From a bacterium (GTDB lineage Bacteria > SAR324 > JACQKK01): a stretch of 64,000 nucleotides of DNA. The stretch spans positions 864,001 to 928,000 of the forward strand of contig OZ251219.1 in NCBI GenBank assembly GCA_965240465.1, written 5' to 3'. A program made the position numbers and the translations under genes. The notes below the pieces were generated by a model. That model was not told where the DNA came from, made no database searches, and saw nothing but the letters and a program-made list of their open reading frames with translations. Shown here in pieces: positions 38,687 to 47,836 of the stretch (the first letter of the stretch is position 1; the number at the start of each line of letters is the position of its first letter).

Positions 38687-38734
38687 AAATGCTCTGCTGC
38701 CTTTTTCAAGCAGTCGGGGGGGGGGGGGTCTAGC

Positions 38735-41485
38735 CTAGGGATTACTGGTACACTGAACGAAATCGGTGGGTTGCTCGCAGAGTAACTCACCCTCAATTTG
38801 GATAGAGTTGCCATCGGCGTCAGTACCTGTCTTATAAGACCTGAGGCTGGGGTATTGGGTATCTGTGCCAAAATCCCAGTCGAATTCATTCCAGCCAGCC
38901 AAACTCAAGCCAGAGCATGTACTGCTAGCGGTATCCCAATCTCCGCCAGCTGAGGTGCAAGCATTTTCCGTGATAATAGTGCATGTACCACCACTAAAAG
39001 TTCCGCCAGCTGCGGTGCAAGCATTTTCCATTGTGATGTCGGCAGTCAAGGCTTTTAGTTCGGTGCTGGTTTTACCAAGCCCCTCGGCGGCGGTATAGGT
39101 TGATACGCTCTCAGCACCCTCAAGTTGACCCTCATTATTATAGTAGTTGCGGGCAAGAAGTGTACTTGTACCAGATCTCTCGCCGATCAAGTAGCCAACA
39201 TTGTCATCACCAACACCACCATCAACATCGCCTAAGACATAACTATTTGAGGCATAACTCTTACCAGAAAAAACTCCCGCCAAGCCACCTACATAGTCAT
39301 CACCAGCACCGCCAGTAGCATTACCAGCGGCATAGCTGTCTATGATGGCGCCGTACTTATCATCACTGCCGGTGTAATTACCACCCACCAAGCCACCTAC
39401 GACACTATTGCCAGAACCATCAGTAACATTGCCAGCGGCATAGCTATTATAGATGTTGCCATTATTACCACCCACCAAGCCACCCACACTGCTATTACCA
39501 GCATTGCTTTTAGTATTGCCAGCGGCATAGCTATTTCCGATGCTGCCACCATTATAACCCGCCAAGCCGCCTACATAGTCACTACCATCACCGCCATTAA
39601 CAGTGCCAGTGGCAGAGCTGCTTTGGATGTTGTTGTAATTACCACCCACCAAGCCACCTACAAGGTCATTACCAGCACCGCCAACAACATTGCCAGCGGC
39701 AGAGCCATTTTTGATGGTGCCAGCACTAGCACCCACTAAGCCACCTACACGGTCATAATCACCATCGCCGGTAGTAACCGAGATCCCCGTAATAGAAACA
39801 TCGGATATTGCTCCAAAATTAAGAGCGGCTAGAACTCCTACAAAGTTGGGATAGTCTTCAGTGCCACCAACATAGTTACTGGTAACTGAACCTGTTGCAA
39901 AGGACAAGTTCCGTACCTTGCTACCAGAAGCCAAGATCACAAAGAAGCCCGCGTTTCCGGTGTTAGCGTCAGTGACAATGACTAGGTTGCTGATGGTATT
40001 GTCATTGCCTTCTAAGATAGCGGTAAAACTACCCGTAATGGGTTCAAAGTTGGCGGATAGCAAGTCAATATCATTGGCTAATTCATAGCCCTTGCAAGCT
40101 GGACCTGAACCTGTATCTTCACAGCCCGCATTAGAGCCTTGATCACTGGCACTTTCTTTATAGCGGCTACCGTCCAGCTGGTAGCGGATGTTTTTTAGCT
40201 CATCAGCAGTGGCAATTTCTATCAGACCGTTGTTGTCGTCATCTACATCTTCTGTGTCTTTACAGCCGTCGTTGTCGGTATCGAGACCGACGGTGCCAAT
40301 TGTGCCTCTGGGACAAGCGTCATTAGTATCTATTTTGCCATCATCGTCATCATCGTCATCCGCTGAATTTTTTTCACCATCCTTGTCAAGGTCAATATCT
40401 TCGTCGGTGCCATCTTCACAGCCGTCGCCATCAACGTCGTTGTTAACGCCGTTGACAATAGTACCACTGACGAAACCGGTACTATTTATACATTTGTCGT
40501 TGGCATTGCCATTTGTCACACCGTTGACCCCATCATTATCGCTATCAATGGTGGAGTCGTCGCAGCCGTCGTTATTATCATCGGTATTGAAGCCGTCAAA
40601 AGGGCATTTATCGTTAGCACTACCGTCTGCACCGATACCGTTGACTCCATCACCATCGGTATCGGTGGTGGAGTCTTCGCAGCCGTCGTTATTATCATCG
40701 GTATTGAAGCCTGCAAAAGGGCATTGATCTAGCTTGGTGCCATCTGCCTCGAAATCGTTGACAGTATCATCGTCGTCATCTTTGTCTTCGCCAGCATCTT
40801 CGCAGCCGTCGCCATCGTAGTCGTTGATAGCTGCGGGATCGCCGGTGCTAACGCTGATAAAGCCGGAGTTTTCGCTGGTGCGGCATTTATCTTTCTCGGT
40901 GGTGCCATCTGCCTCGAAATCGTTGACAGTATCATTGTCGTCATCTTCGTCTTCGCCAGCATCTTCGCAACCGTCGCCATCGTAGTCGTTGATAGCTGCG
41001 GGATCGCCGGTGCTAACGCTGATAAAGCCGGAGGTTTCGCTGGTGCGGCATTTGTCTAGCTCGCTGCCGTCTGCATTAAAATCGTTGACAGTATCATTAT
41101 CGTCATCGGGGTCTTCGGGGTCATCATCTTTACAGCCGTCGTCATCGTAGTCGGTGGTTCTATCGCCGCTGAGGAAGCCTTTGGGGCTTTTTTCGCAGTC
41201 ATCAACAGCATCTTCTTTGTTATCATTGTCGTCATCAGTGTCTTCACCGTCATCTTTGCAACCGTCTCTATCGTAGTCGTTTTCGGGGGTACTGACGAAT
41301 TTCTTATCAGCACTAGGGGAGCATAGGTCTAACACGTTGCCTTCTTCATCAAAATCAGGGACGTCGTCGCCATCGGTATCAACAAGCTTCACAGTCTTGC
41401 TACTGGTACCTCCTCCACCAATGCCACAGCTGGCTAGGAAAAGAGTGATAACAAAAATGCTTGAGAGTAATGATAATTTTCCCAC
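38735..41485 (-). CDS. GLUG-repeat lipoprotein, paralog 13
   Basis: (M)GKLSLL...FLASC; Ca repeats; GLUG; two CxxAGGx(W/F) inserts; LLCEQPTDFVQCTSNP. Confidence 0.87.
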   Translation of the reverse strand: MGKLSLLSSIFVITLFLASCGIGGGGTSSKTVKLVDTDGDDVPDFDEEGNVLDLCSPSADKKFVSTPENDYDRDGCKDDGEDTDDDNDNKEDAVDDCEKSPKGFLSGDRTTDYDDDGCKDDDPEDPDDDNDTVNDFNADGSELDKCRTSETSGFISVSTGDPAAINDYDGDGCEDAGEDEDDDNDTVNDFEADGTTEKDKCRTSENSGFISVSTGDPAAINDYDGDGCEDAGEDKDDDDDTVNDFEADGTKLDQCPFAGFNTDDNNDGCEDSTTDTDGDGVNGIGADGSANDKCPFDGFNTDDNNDGCDDSTIDSDNDGVNGVTNGNANDKCINSTGFVSGTIVNGVNNDVDGDGCEDGTDEDIDLDKDGEKNSADDDDDDDGKIDTNDACPRGTIGTVGLDTDNDGCKDTEDVDDDNNGLIEIATADELKNIRYQLDGSRYKESASDQGSNAGCEDTGSGPACKGYELANDIDLLSANFEPITGSFTAILEGNDNTISNLVIVTDANTGNAGFFVILASGSKVRNLSFATGSVTSNYVGGTEDYPNFVGVLAALNFGAISDVSITGISVTTGDGDYDRVGGLVGASAGTIKNGSAAGNVVGGAGNDLVGGLVGGNYNNIQSSSATGTVNGGDGSDYVGGLAGYNGGSIGNSYAAGNTKSNAGNSSVGGLVGGNNGNIYNSYAAGNVTDGSGNSVVGGLVGGNYTGSDDKYGAIIDSYAAGNATGGAGDDYVGGLAGVFSGKSYASNSYVLGDVDGGVGDDNVGYLIGERSGTSTLLARNYYNNEGQLEGAESVSTYTAAEGLGKTSTELKALTADITMENACTAAGGTFSGGTCTIITENACTSAGGDWDTASSTCSGLSLAGWNEFDWDFGTDTQYPSLRSYKTGTDADGNSIQIEGELLCEQPTDFVQCTSNP

Positions 41486-41699
41486 TGAGATTTCTCCTAT
41501 TTGTTAAGTTCAATGACATGGAGTAACACAAATCGCCGTAAATCTACACACTTTAGGGCATAAAACAACCCCAGCTAGCCAGTGCTACACTATAAATTAT
41601 CTAATGTCAAGCTTTAATTGTTAACACACTAAAAAAGTCAGCCAGAACTTCATTGGCGATAAGTTTATCAAGTGCTTAAAAGAGCAACACGCAGTTCCC

Positions 41700-41734
41700 A
41701 AAAAGAAAAAGGGAGTGAGTTAATACTCACTCCC
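41700..41734 (-). terminator. Intrinsic terminator of paralog 14
   Basis: Same hairpin (41711-41734) plus U-tract. Confidence 0.8.
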
Positions 41735-41780
41735 AAATGCTCTGCTGCCTTTTTCAAGCAGTCGGGGGGGGGGGTCTAGC

Positions 41781-44249
41781 CTAGGGATTACTGGTACACT
41801 GAACGAAATCGGTGGGTTGCTCGCAGAGTAACTCACCCTCAATTTGGATAGAGTCGCCATCGGCGTCAGTACCTTCTGTCTTATAAGACCTGAGGCTGGG
41901 GTATTGGGTATCTGTGCCAAAATTCCAGTCGAATTCATTCCAGCCGTTATCGTCGCCTGTAAAGTCACCTTCGGTGATGTCGGCAGTCAAGGCTTTTAGT
42001 TCGGTGCTGGTTTTGCCAAGCCCCTCGGCGTCGGTATAGGTTGATACGCTCTCAGCACCCTCAAGTTGACCCTCATTATTATAGTAGTTGCGGGCAAGAA
42101 ATGTACTTGTACCAGATCTCTCGCCGATCAAGTAGCCAACATTGTCATCACCAACACCACCATCAACATCGCCTAAGACATAACTATTTGAGGCATAACT
42201 ATTACCAAAAAAACCTCCCGCCAAGCCACCTACATAGTCATCACCAGCACCGCCAGTAGCATTACCAGCGGCATAGCTGTCTAGGATGGTGCCGTACCTA
42301 TCATCACTGCCGGTGTAATTACCACCCACCAAGCCACCTACGACACTATTGCCAGAACCATCAGTAACATTGCCAGCGGCATAGCTATTATAGATGTTGC
42401 CAGCATTACCACCCACTAAGCCACCCACACTGTCATCACCAGCATTGCTTTTAGTATTGCCAGCGGCATAGCTATTTCCGATGGTGCCACCATTATAACC
42501 CACCAAGCCGCCTACATAGTCACTACCATCACCGCCATTAACAGTGCCAGTGGCAGAGCTGCTTTGGATGTTGTTGTAATTACCACCCACTAAGCCACCC
42601 ACATTGTCATTACCAGCACCGCCAACAACATTGCCAGTGGCAGAGCCATTTTTGATGGTGCCAGCACTAGCACCCACTAAGCCACCTACAAGGTCATGAT
42701 CACCATCGCCGGTAGTAACCGAGATCCCCGTAATAGAAACATCGGATATTACTCCAACATTAGCAGCGGCTAGAACTCCTACATAGTTGGGATAGTCTTG
42801 GGTGCCACCAACATAGTTACTGGTAACTGAACCTGTTGCAAAGGACAAGTTCCGTACCTTGCTACCAGAAGCCAAGAACACAAAGAAGCCCGCGTTTCTG
42901 GTGTTAGCGTCAGTGACAATGACTAGGTTGCTGATGGTATTGTCATTGCCTTCTAAGATAGCGATAAAACTACCCGTAATGGGTTCAAAGTTGGCGGATA
43001 GCAAGTCAATATCATTGGCTAATTCATAGCCCTTGCAAGCTGGACCTGAACCTGTATCTCCACAGCCCGCATTAGAGCCTTGATCACTGGCACTTTCTTT
43101 ATAGCGGCTACCCTCCAGCTGGTAGCGGATGTTTTTTAGCTCATCAGCAGTGGCAATTTCTATCAGACCGTTGTTGTCGTCATCTACATCTTCTGTGTCT
43201 TTACAGCCGTCGTTGTCGGTATCGAGACCGACGGTGCCAATTGTGCCTCTGGGACAAGCGTCATTAGTATCTATTTTGCCATCATCGTCATCATCGTCAT
43301 CCGCTGAATTTTTTTCACCATCCTTGTCAAGGTCAATATCTTCGTCGGTGCCATCTTCACAGCCGTCGCCATCAACGTCGTTGTTAACGCCGTTGACAAT
43401 AGTACCACTGACGAAACCGGTACTATTTATACATTTGTCGTTGGCATTGCCATTTGTCACACCGTTGACCCCATCATTATCGCTATCAATGGTGGAGTCG
43501 TCGCAGCCGTCGTTATTATCATCGGTATTGAAGCCGTCAAAAGGGCATTTATCGTTAGCACTGCCGTCTGCACCGACACCGTTGACCCCATCATTATCGC
43601 TATCGGTAGTGGAGTCTTCGCAGCCGTCGGTATTATCATCGGTAGTGAAGCCGTCAAAAGGGCATTGATCTAGCTTGGTGCCGTCTGCATTAAGATCGTT
43701 GACGGTATCATCGTCGTCATCTTCGTCTTCGCCAGCATCTTCGCAACCGTCGCCATCGTAGTCGTTGATAGCTGCGGGATCGCCGGTGCTAACGCTGATA
43801 AAGCCGGAGGTTTCGCTGGTGCGGCATTTGTCTAGCTCGCTGCCGTCTGCATTAAAATCGTTGACAGTATCATTGTCGTCATCTTCGTCTTCGCCAGCAT
43901 CTTCGCAGCCGTCGTCATCGTAGTCGGTGGTTCTATCGCCGCTGAGGAAGCCTTTGGGGCTTTTTTCGCAGTCATCAACAGCATCTTCTTTGTTATCATT
44001 GTCGTCATCGGTGTCTTCACCGTCATCTTTGCAACCGTCTCTATCGTAGTCGTTTTCGGGGGTACTGACGAATTTCTTATCAGCACTAGGGGAGCATAGG
44101 TCTAACACGTTGCCTTCTTCATCAAAATCAGGGACGTTGTCGCCATCGGTATCAAGAGGCTTGCTACTGATACCTCCTCCACTAATGCCACAGCTGGCTA
44201 GGAAAAGAGTGATAACAAAAATGCTTGAGAGTAATGATAATTTTCCCAC
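41781..44249 (-). CDS. GLUG-repeat lipoprotein, paralog 14 (near-duplicate of 13)
   Basis: Long stretches identical to paralog 13; LLCEQPTDFVQCTSNP. Confidence 0.87.
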   Translation of the reverse strand: MGKLSLLSSIFVITLFLASCGISGGGISSKPLDTDGDNVPDFDEEGNVLDLCSPSADKKFVSTPENDYDRDGCKDDGEDTDDDNDNKEDAVDDCEKSPKGFLSGDRTTDYDDDGCEDAGEDEDDDNDTVNDFNADGSELDKCRTSETSGFISVSTGDPAAINDYDGDGCEDAGEDEDDDDDTVNDLNADGTKLDQCPFDGFTTDDNTDGCEDSTTDSDNDGVNGVGADGSANDKCPFDGFNTDDNNDGCDDSTIDSDNDGVNGVTNGNANDKCINSTGFVSGTIVNGVNNDVDGDGCEDGTDEDIDLDKDGEKNSADDDDDDDGKIDTNDACPRGTIGTVGLDTDNDGCKDTEDVDDDNNGLIEIATADELKNIRYQLEGSRYKESASDQGSNAGCGDTGSGPACKGYELANDIDLLSANFEPITGSFIAILEGNDNTISNLVIVTDANTRNAGFFVFLASGSKVRNLSFATGSVTSNYVGGTQDYPNYVGVLAAANVGVISDVSITGISVTTGDGDHDLVGGLVGASAGTIKNGSATGNVVGGAGNDNVGGLVGGNYNNIQSSSATGTVNGGDGSDYVGGLVGYNGGTIGNSYAAGNTKSNAGDDSVGGLVGGNAGNIYNSYAAGNVTDGSGNSVVGGLVGGNYTGSDDRYGTILDSYAAGNATGGAGDDYVGGLAGGFFGNSYASNSYVLGDVDGGVGDDNVGYLIGERSGTSTFLARNYYNNEGQLEGAESVSTYTDAEGLGKTSTELKALTADITEGDFTGDDNGWNEFDWNFGTDTQYPSLRSYKTEGTDADGDSIQIEGELLCEQPTDFVQCTSNP

Positions 44250-44463
44250 TGAGATTTCTCCTATTTGTTAAGTTCAATGATATGGAGTAACATAAATCGT
44301 CGTAAATCGACACACTCTAGGGCATAAAACAACCCCAGCTAGCCAGTGCTACACTATAAATTATCTAATGTCAAGCTTTAATTGTTAACACACTAAAAAA
44401 GTCAGCCAGAACTTCATTGGCGATAAGTTTATCAAGTGCTTAAAAGAGCAACACTCAGTTCCC

Positions 44464-44498
44464 AAAAAGAAAAAGGGAGTGAGTTAATACTCACTCCC
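44464..44498 (-). terminator. Intrinsic terminator of paralog 15
   Basis: Same hairpin (44475-44498) plus U-tract. Confidence 0.8.
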
Positions 44499-44543
44499 AA
44501 ATGCTCGGCTGCCTTTTTCAAGCAGTCGGGGGAGGGGTCTAGC

Positions 44544-45524
44544 CTAGGGATTACTGGTACACTGAACGAAATCGGTGGGTTGCTCGCAGAGTAAAACACC
44601 TGCGATTTGGGTGATCACGGGGGGGGTGCTGGTATCAGTGGTAGTCTTATAAGACTTGAGGGTGGGATAGAAGCCAGCTTGGAATTCCCAGTTGAAAGCG
44701 TTCCAGCCAGCTAGATTACCAGAAGTACACGATGATGCAGTACCATCCCAAGTTCCCCCAGCTGCTTCGCAAGCAGCCTGATTATCAACCTGGGCCGGCA
44801 ACAACCGAGATCCCCGTAGAAACACCCGATATTGTTCCATTATTTCTGCCTGCCAGAACCCCTATACTGCTGGGGTTAGAGTTACTGCCACTGTACGTAC
44901 TGGTACTGAACCTTCTACAAAGGACAAGCTTTGTACCGTGCTACCAGATGCCAAGCCTGTAAAGAGACCAGAATATCTGATATTATTGGCCACAACAAGG
45001 TTTCTGATGGTATTGCCATTGCCTTCTAAGGTAGCGGTAAAATGCTCGCTTTTGCTACCGATGGGATCCCAGTTTTTAGTGGCAGAGCCAGTCAGATCTG
45101 CTAGTCTGATGTCCTGAGCTAGTTCATAGCCCTTGCAACCTACGGGATTAGTAGTAGGACAGCCTGCGTTAGATGAACTATTGCCATCATTATAATGAGT
45201 GCCTGCCAAATTATGGCGGATGTTGTTTAGCTCCTCAGCAGTGGCAATATCTATTAGACCATCGTTGTCGTCATCCACGTCAGTGACGTCTAGGATGGTG
45301 TCATTATCGTCCTCGTCTGAGTCTCGGCAGCCGTCGCCATCATGGTCGGTGGTGCTACTGCTGATGAAGTTCTCGTCAAGGCTATTTTCACACAAATCCT
45401 CGCTGTCAAAGATACCATCGGAATCGGTATCAGTAGTGTTAATAGCTCCACCCCCGCTACCCCCGCAGCTAGCTAAAAATAGAGCGAAAATACAAGCCGA
45501 AATTAAGGATAACCTGCTCATCAA
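44544..45524 (-). pseudogene. GLUG-repeat lipoprotein paralog 15, frameshifted and internally deleted
   Basis: Intact signal and N-domain; 1-nt loss near 44905 (GGTTCAGTACCAGT vs paralog 10 GGTTCGGTTACCAGT) leads to TAG at 44862-44864; GLUG repeats missing at a junction near 44788; C-terminal cap retained. Confidence 0.85.
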
Positions 45525-45664
45525 AAGGCCTCCAGTTTAATAGTGGTGAATTTAACATTGTGAATTTAACGCGGCGAGATGCTGGCTAAAAAGCCCCGAC
45601 CAAGCATCCTAGCCCCGCTGGGATACCACGATTTAACTCTGTGTCAAACTTTCTTGTGGGGATA

Positions 45665-45847
45665 TTATTGCTTTTTAGGGCTGATTTTATCAGTTTTGCT
45701 GGTTTTTTTGGTTTCCTTGAGGTTCTTACGGAAGTTGGTGATCATCTTTCCCATGCCATCCCCTATTTGAGGTAGGCGGGAAGCTCCGAACACCACTACT
45801 ACAATCATCAAGATGATAACTAATTCTTGTGTTCCTAGTCCGAACAT
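45665..45847 (-). CDS. tatA: Twin-arginine translocase TatA/TatE subunit
   Basis: MFGLGTQELVIILMIVVVVFGASRLPQIGDGMGKMITNFRK. Confidence 0.95.
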   Translation of the reverse strand: MFGLGTQELVIILMIVVVVFGASRLPQIGDGMGKMITNFRKNLKETKKTSKTDKISPKKQ

Positions 45848-45973
45848 GTTTTATCCTTTGGTGATAGATGATACTAGACAATGTTATTAAGGTTTGCAAC
45901 GGTAATGGCAAATCGCTGATTTTACGGTTTGGCGAGTGTATTTTCACATCATTGCATAGATGAGTTTATCATG

Positions 45974-46065
45974 GCAACCTGCCGAGCAACCTGCCGAGCA
46001 ACCTGCCGAGCAACCTGCCGAGCAACCTGCCGAGCAACCTGCCGAGCAACCTGTCCGAGCAACCT
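45974..46065. repeat. 12-bp VNTR GCAACCTGCCGA x ~7.5
   Basis: Direct inspection; in the divergent intergenic region between tatA and the phosphatase. Confidence 0.95.
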
Positions 46066-46102
46066 ATCTATTTAATTGGTTCTTATGGTTATAGGTAAAA
46101 AC

Positions 46103-47113
46103 ATGTTAAGACGCATATTTGGGGTCATTAAAATACGAATTATTTGGTACTCAATAGGCGTTCTGTTGCTTTTGATGGGGTTGCTGATCGGAATGCTGGT
46201 TTTTTGGATGTTGTCGGATGTTGATTGTTTTAGGGATGGTGGCAGAGTAGAGATACCACCATCTTTGAATGATGTTTCAGGGTCGGTAAGGTTACTGGCA
46301 TTAGGAGATGTTGGTAGCGGTGATGTGCATCAGCATCGGTTGGCACAGACCATGGGGAAGGTTTGCGAGCAGCGTGGTTGTGATGCGGCATTGTTACTGG
46401 GCGATAATTTTTATCCTAATGGAGTAAAAGATGTAGACGATCCGCAGTGGAAGAGCACTTTTGAAGATGTTTATGCGGATCTCGGGATACCTTTTTTTGC
46501 GGTGTTGGGGAATCATGACACTTATCAGTCTGGAACGGCTCAGATTGAGTACACTGGGCATAGTGATTGGTGGTATATGCCTGATTATCATTATGATTTT
46601 CGTTTAGGGTCGGTGCAGGTTTATGCTAGGAACAGCAATTGTAGTATTTTCACTTGGGGTCGTACTCCACGGGTATGGCCGCCGGTGCGGTCTGCTGATT
46701 CTCCTTGGGTGATAGTGATGGGACATCACTCTATCTATAGTACGGGTTCGCATAATGATGCTGATATTCTTAGCATTTACTGGTGGCGTCAGAAATGGGA
46801 TCCTCACACCGATATTCTTCTCACTGGACACAATCATGTTTTGGAGTCTCTCACTCGTCCTCCAGAGAGGACGCTCCATCTGGTTTCTGGGGCTGGGGGC
46901 AGACTAGGGGGGAGGCCCTATAGGGTTCGTGATGCCAAAGGGAGGATAAAGCCTCTACTCTCCTCTGTTGCCGACAGCGAATTTATGTACCGAAGTAGCA
47001 CTGGATTTATCTGGTTGGAGTTCACCTCCGATGAGGCCAGGATCATCTTTTATGGCAAAGATGGGCAGATACTCCATCAGCAGCGTTTGAGGAAACCAGC
47101 AGAGGCGGGATAA
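46103..47113 (+). CDS. Calcineurin-like metallophosphoesterase (purple/tartrate-resistant acid phosphatase type), exported or membrane-anchored
   Basis: GDVG, LLLGDNFYPNGV, VLGNHD, VMGHH, TGHNH metal motifs; N-terminal hydrophobic segment; start could also be 46076. Confidence 0.9.
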   Translation: MLRRIFGVIKIRIIWYSIGVLLLLMGLLIGMLVFWMLSDVDCFRDGGRVEIPPSLNDVSGSVRLLALGDVGSGDVHQHRLAQTMGKVCEQRGCDAALLLGDNFYPNGVKDVDDPQWKSTFEDVYADLGIPFFAVLGNHDTYQSGTAQIEYTGHSDWWYMPDYHYDFRLGSVQVYARNSNCSIFTWGRTPRVWPPVRSADSPWVIVMGHHSIYSTGSHNDADILSIYWWRQKWDPHTDILLTGHNHVLESLTRPPERTLHLVSGAGGRLGGRPYRVRDAKGRIKPLLSSVADSEFMYRSSTGFIWLEFTSDEARIIFYGKDGQILHQQRLRKPAEAG

Positions 47114-47114
47114 T

Positions 47115-47455
47115 ATCTACCACCGATGCGAGGATCTACCACCGATGCGAGGATCTACCACCGATGCGAGGATCTACCACCGATGCGAGGATCTACCACC
47201 GATGCGAGGATCTACCACCGATGCGAGGATCTACCACCGATGCGAGGATCTACCACCGATGCGATGGAGGTGAAAGCTCTTTCGGATCATTATTGCAGGG
47301 GGGCTATATCTTTTTGGGGGGATGCGAGGATCTACCACCGATGCGATGGAGGTGAAAGCTCTTTCGGATCATTATTGCAGGGGGGCTATATCTTTTTGGG
47401 GGGATGCGAGGATCTACCACCGATGCGATGGAGGTGAAAGCTCTTTCGGATCATT
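47115..47455. repeat. Nested tandem repeat: 19-bp ATCTACCACCGATGCGAGG x ~8, then 82-bp unit x ~2.6
   Basis: 19-mers at 47115, 47134 ... 47248; 82-bp units at 47239, 47321, 47403. Confidence 0.93.
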
Positions 47456-47481
47456 CAGGGGGGGGGGTATTGCGGGGGGTG

Positions 47482-47694
47482 CTATAGGTATTGCCCAGTG
47501 CGTTCACGTTCTCGGCGGGCTTCTCGGCGGCGCATTTTTTCTGCTTGGGCACGCTTGATACGCTTAGCCAGCGAAGGTTTAATGTTAAATTTTCGCCTAC
47601 TTAATTCTCTAAAAAGTCCCTCTTTGATCAGCTTTCTTTTTAGATCTCGGATGGCACGTTCTATTTGCTCGTTGACTACTTTTATTTGGGTCAT
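47482..47694 (-). CDS. rpsU: 30S ribosomal protein S21
   Basis: MTQIKVVNEQIERAIRDLKRKLIKEGLFRELSRRKFNIKPSLAKRIKR (70 aa); the upstream extension in the ORF track is probably not real. Confidence 0.92.
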   Translation of the reverse strand: MTQIKVVNEQIERAIRDLKRKLIKEGLFRELSRRKFNIKPSLAKRIKRAQAEKMRRREARRERERTGQYL

Positions 47695-47836
47695 AGGGAA
47701 GGATTTATCTTTCATTCTAAGGCTAAGATGCTCTGCGATTAAACTCACATTATTTGGTAGAAATGCAAGGCTTATTTTATATTTTATCAACAAGTAAGGT
47801 GCTATTTTTTCCTATGGGGTCGGTTAATTAACACAG

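Noticed and set aside
7479-44498. GGGAGTGAGT..ACTCACTCCC palindromes as IS ends, REP elements or operator sites
   Set aside because: Always shortly after a stop codon with a U-tract in gene orientation, best explained as intrinsic terminators; no transposase or target-site duplication seen
7551-45524. Diversity-generating retroelement acting on the paralog C-termini
   Set aside because: No reverse transcriptase, no TR/VR pair with adenine-specific differences; C-termini are conserved rather than hypervariable
8223-45540. Many Ser/Thr/Ile-rich antisense and alternative-frame ORFs over the lipoprotein genes
   Set aside because: Shadow ORFs produced by repetitive Gly/Asp codon usage on the real strand
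47115-47455. CRISPR array
   Set aside because: Units are contiguous or separated by identical sequence; no unique spacers and no cas genes in the window
47126-47558. ORFs MRGSTTDARIYHRC...
   Set aside because: Translations of the 19/82-bp repeat
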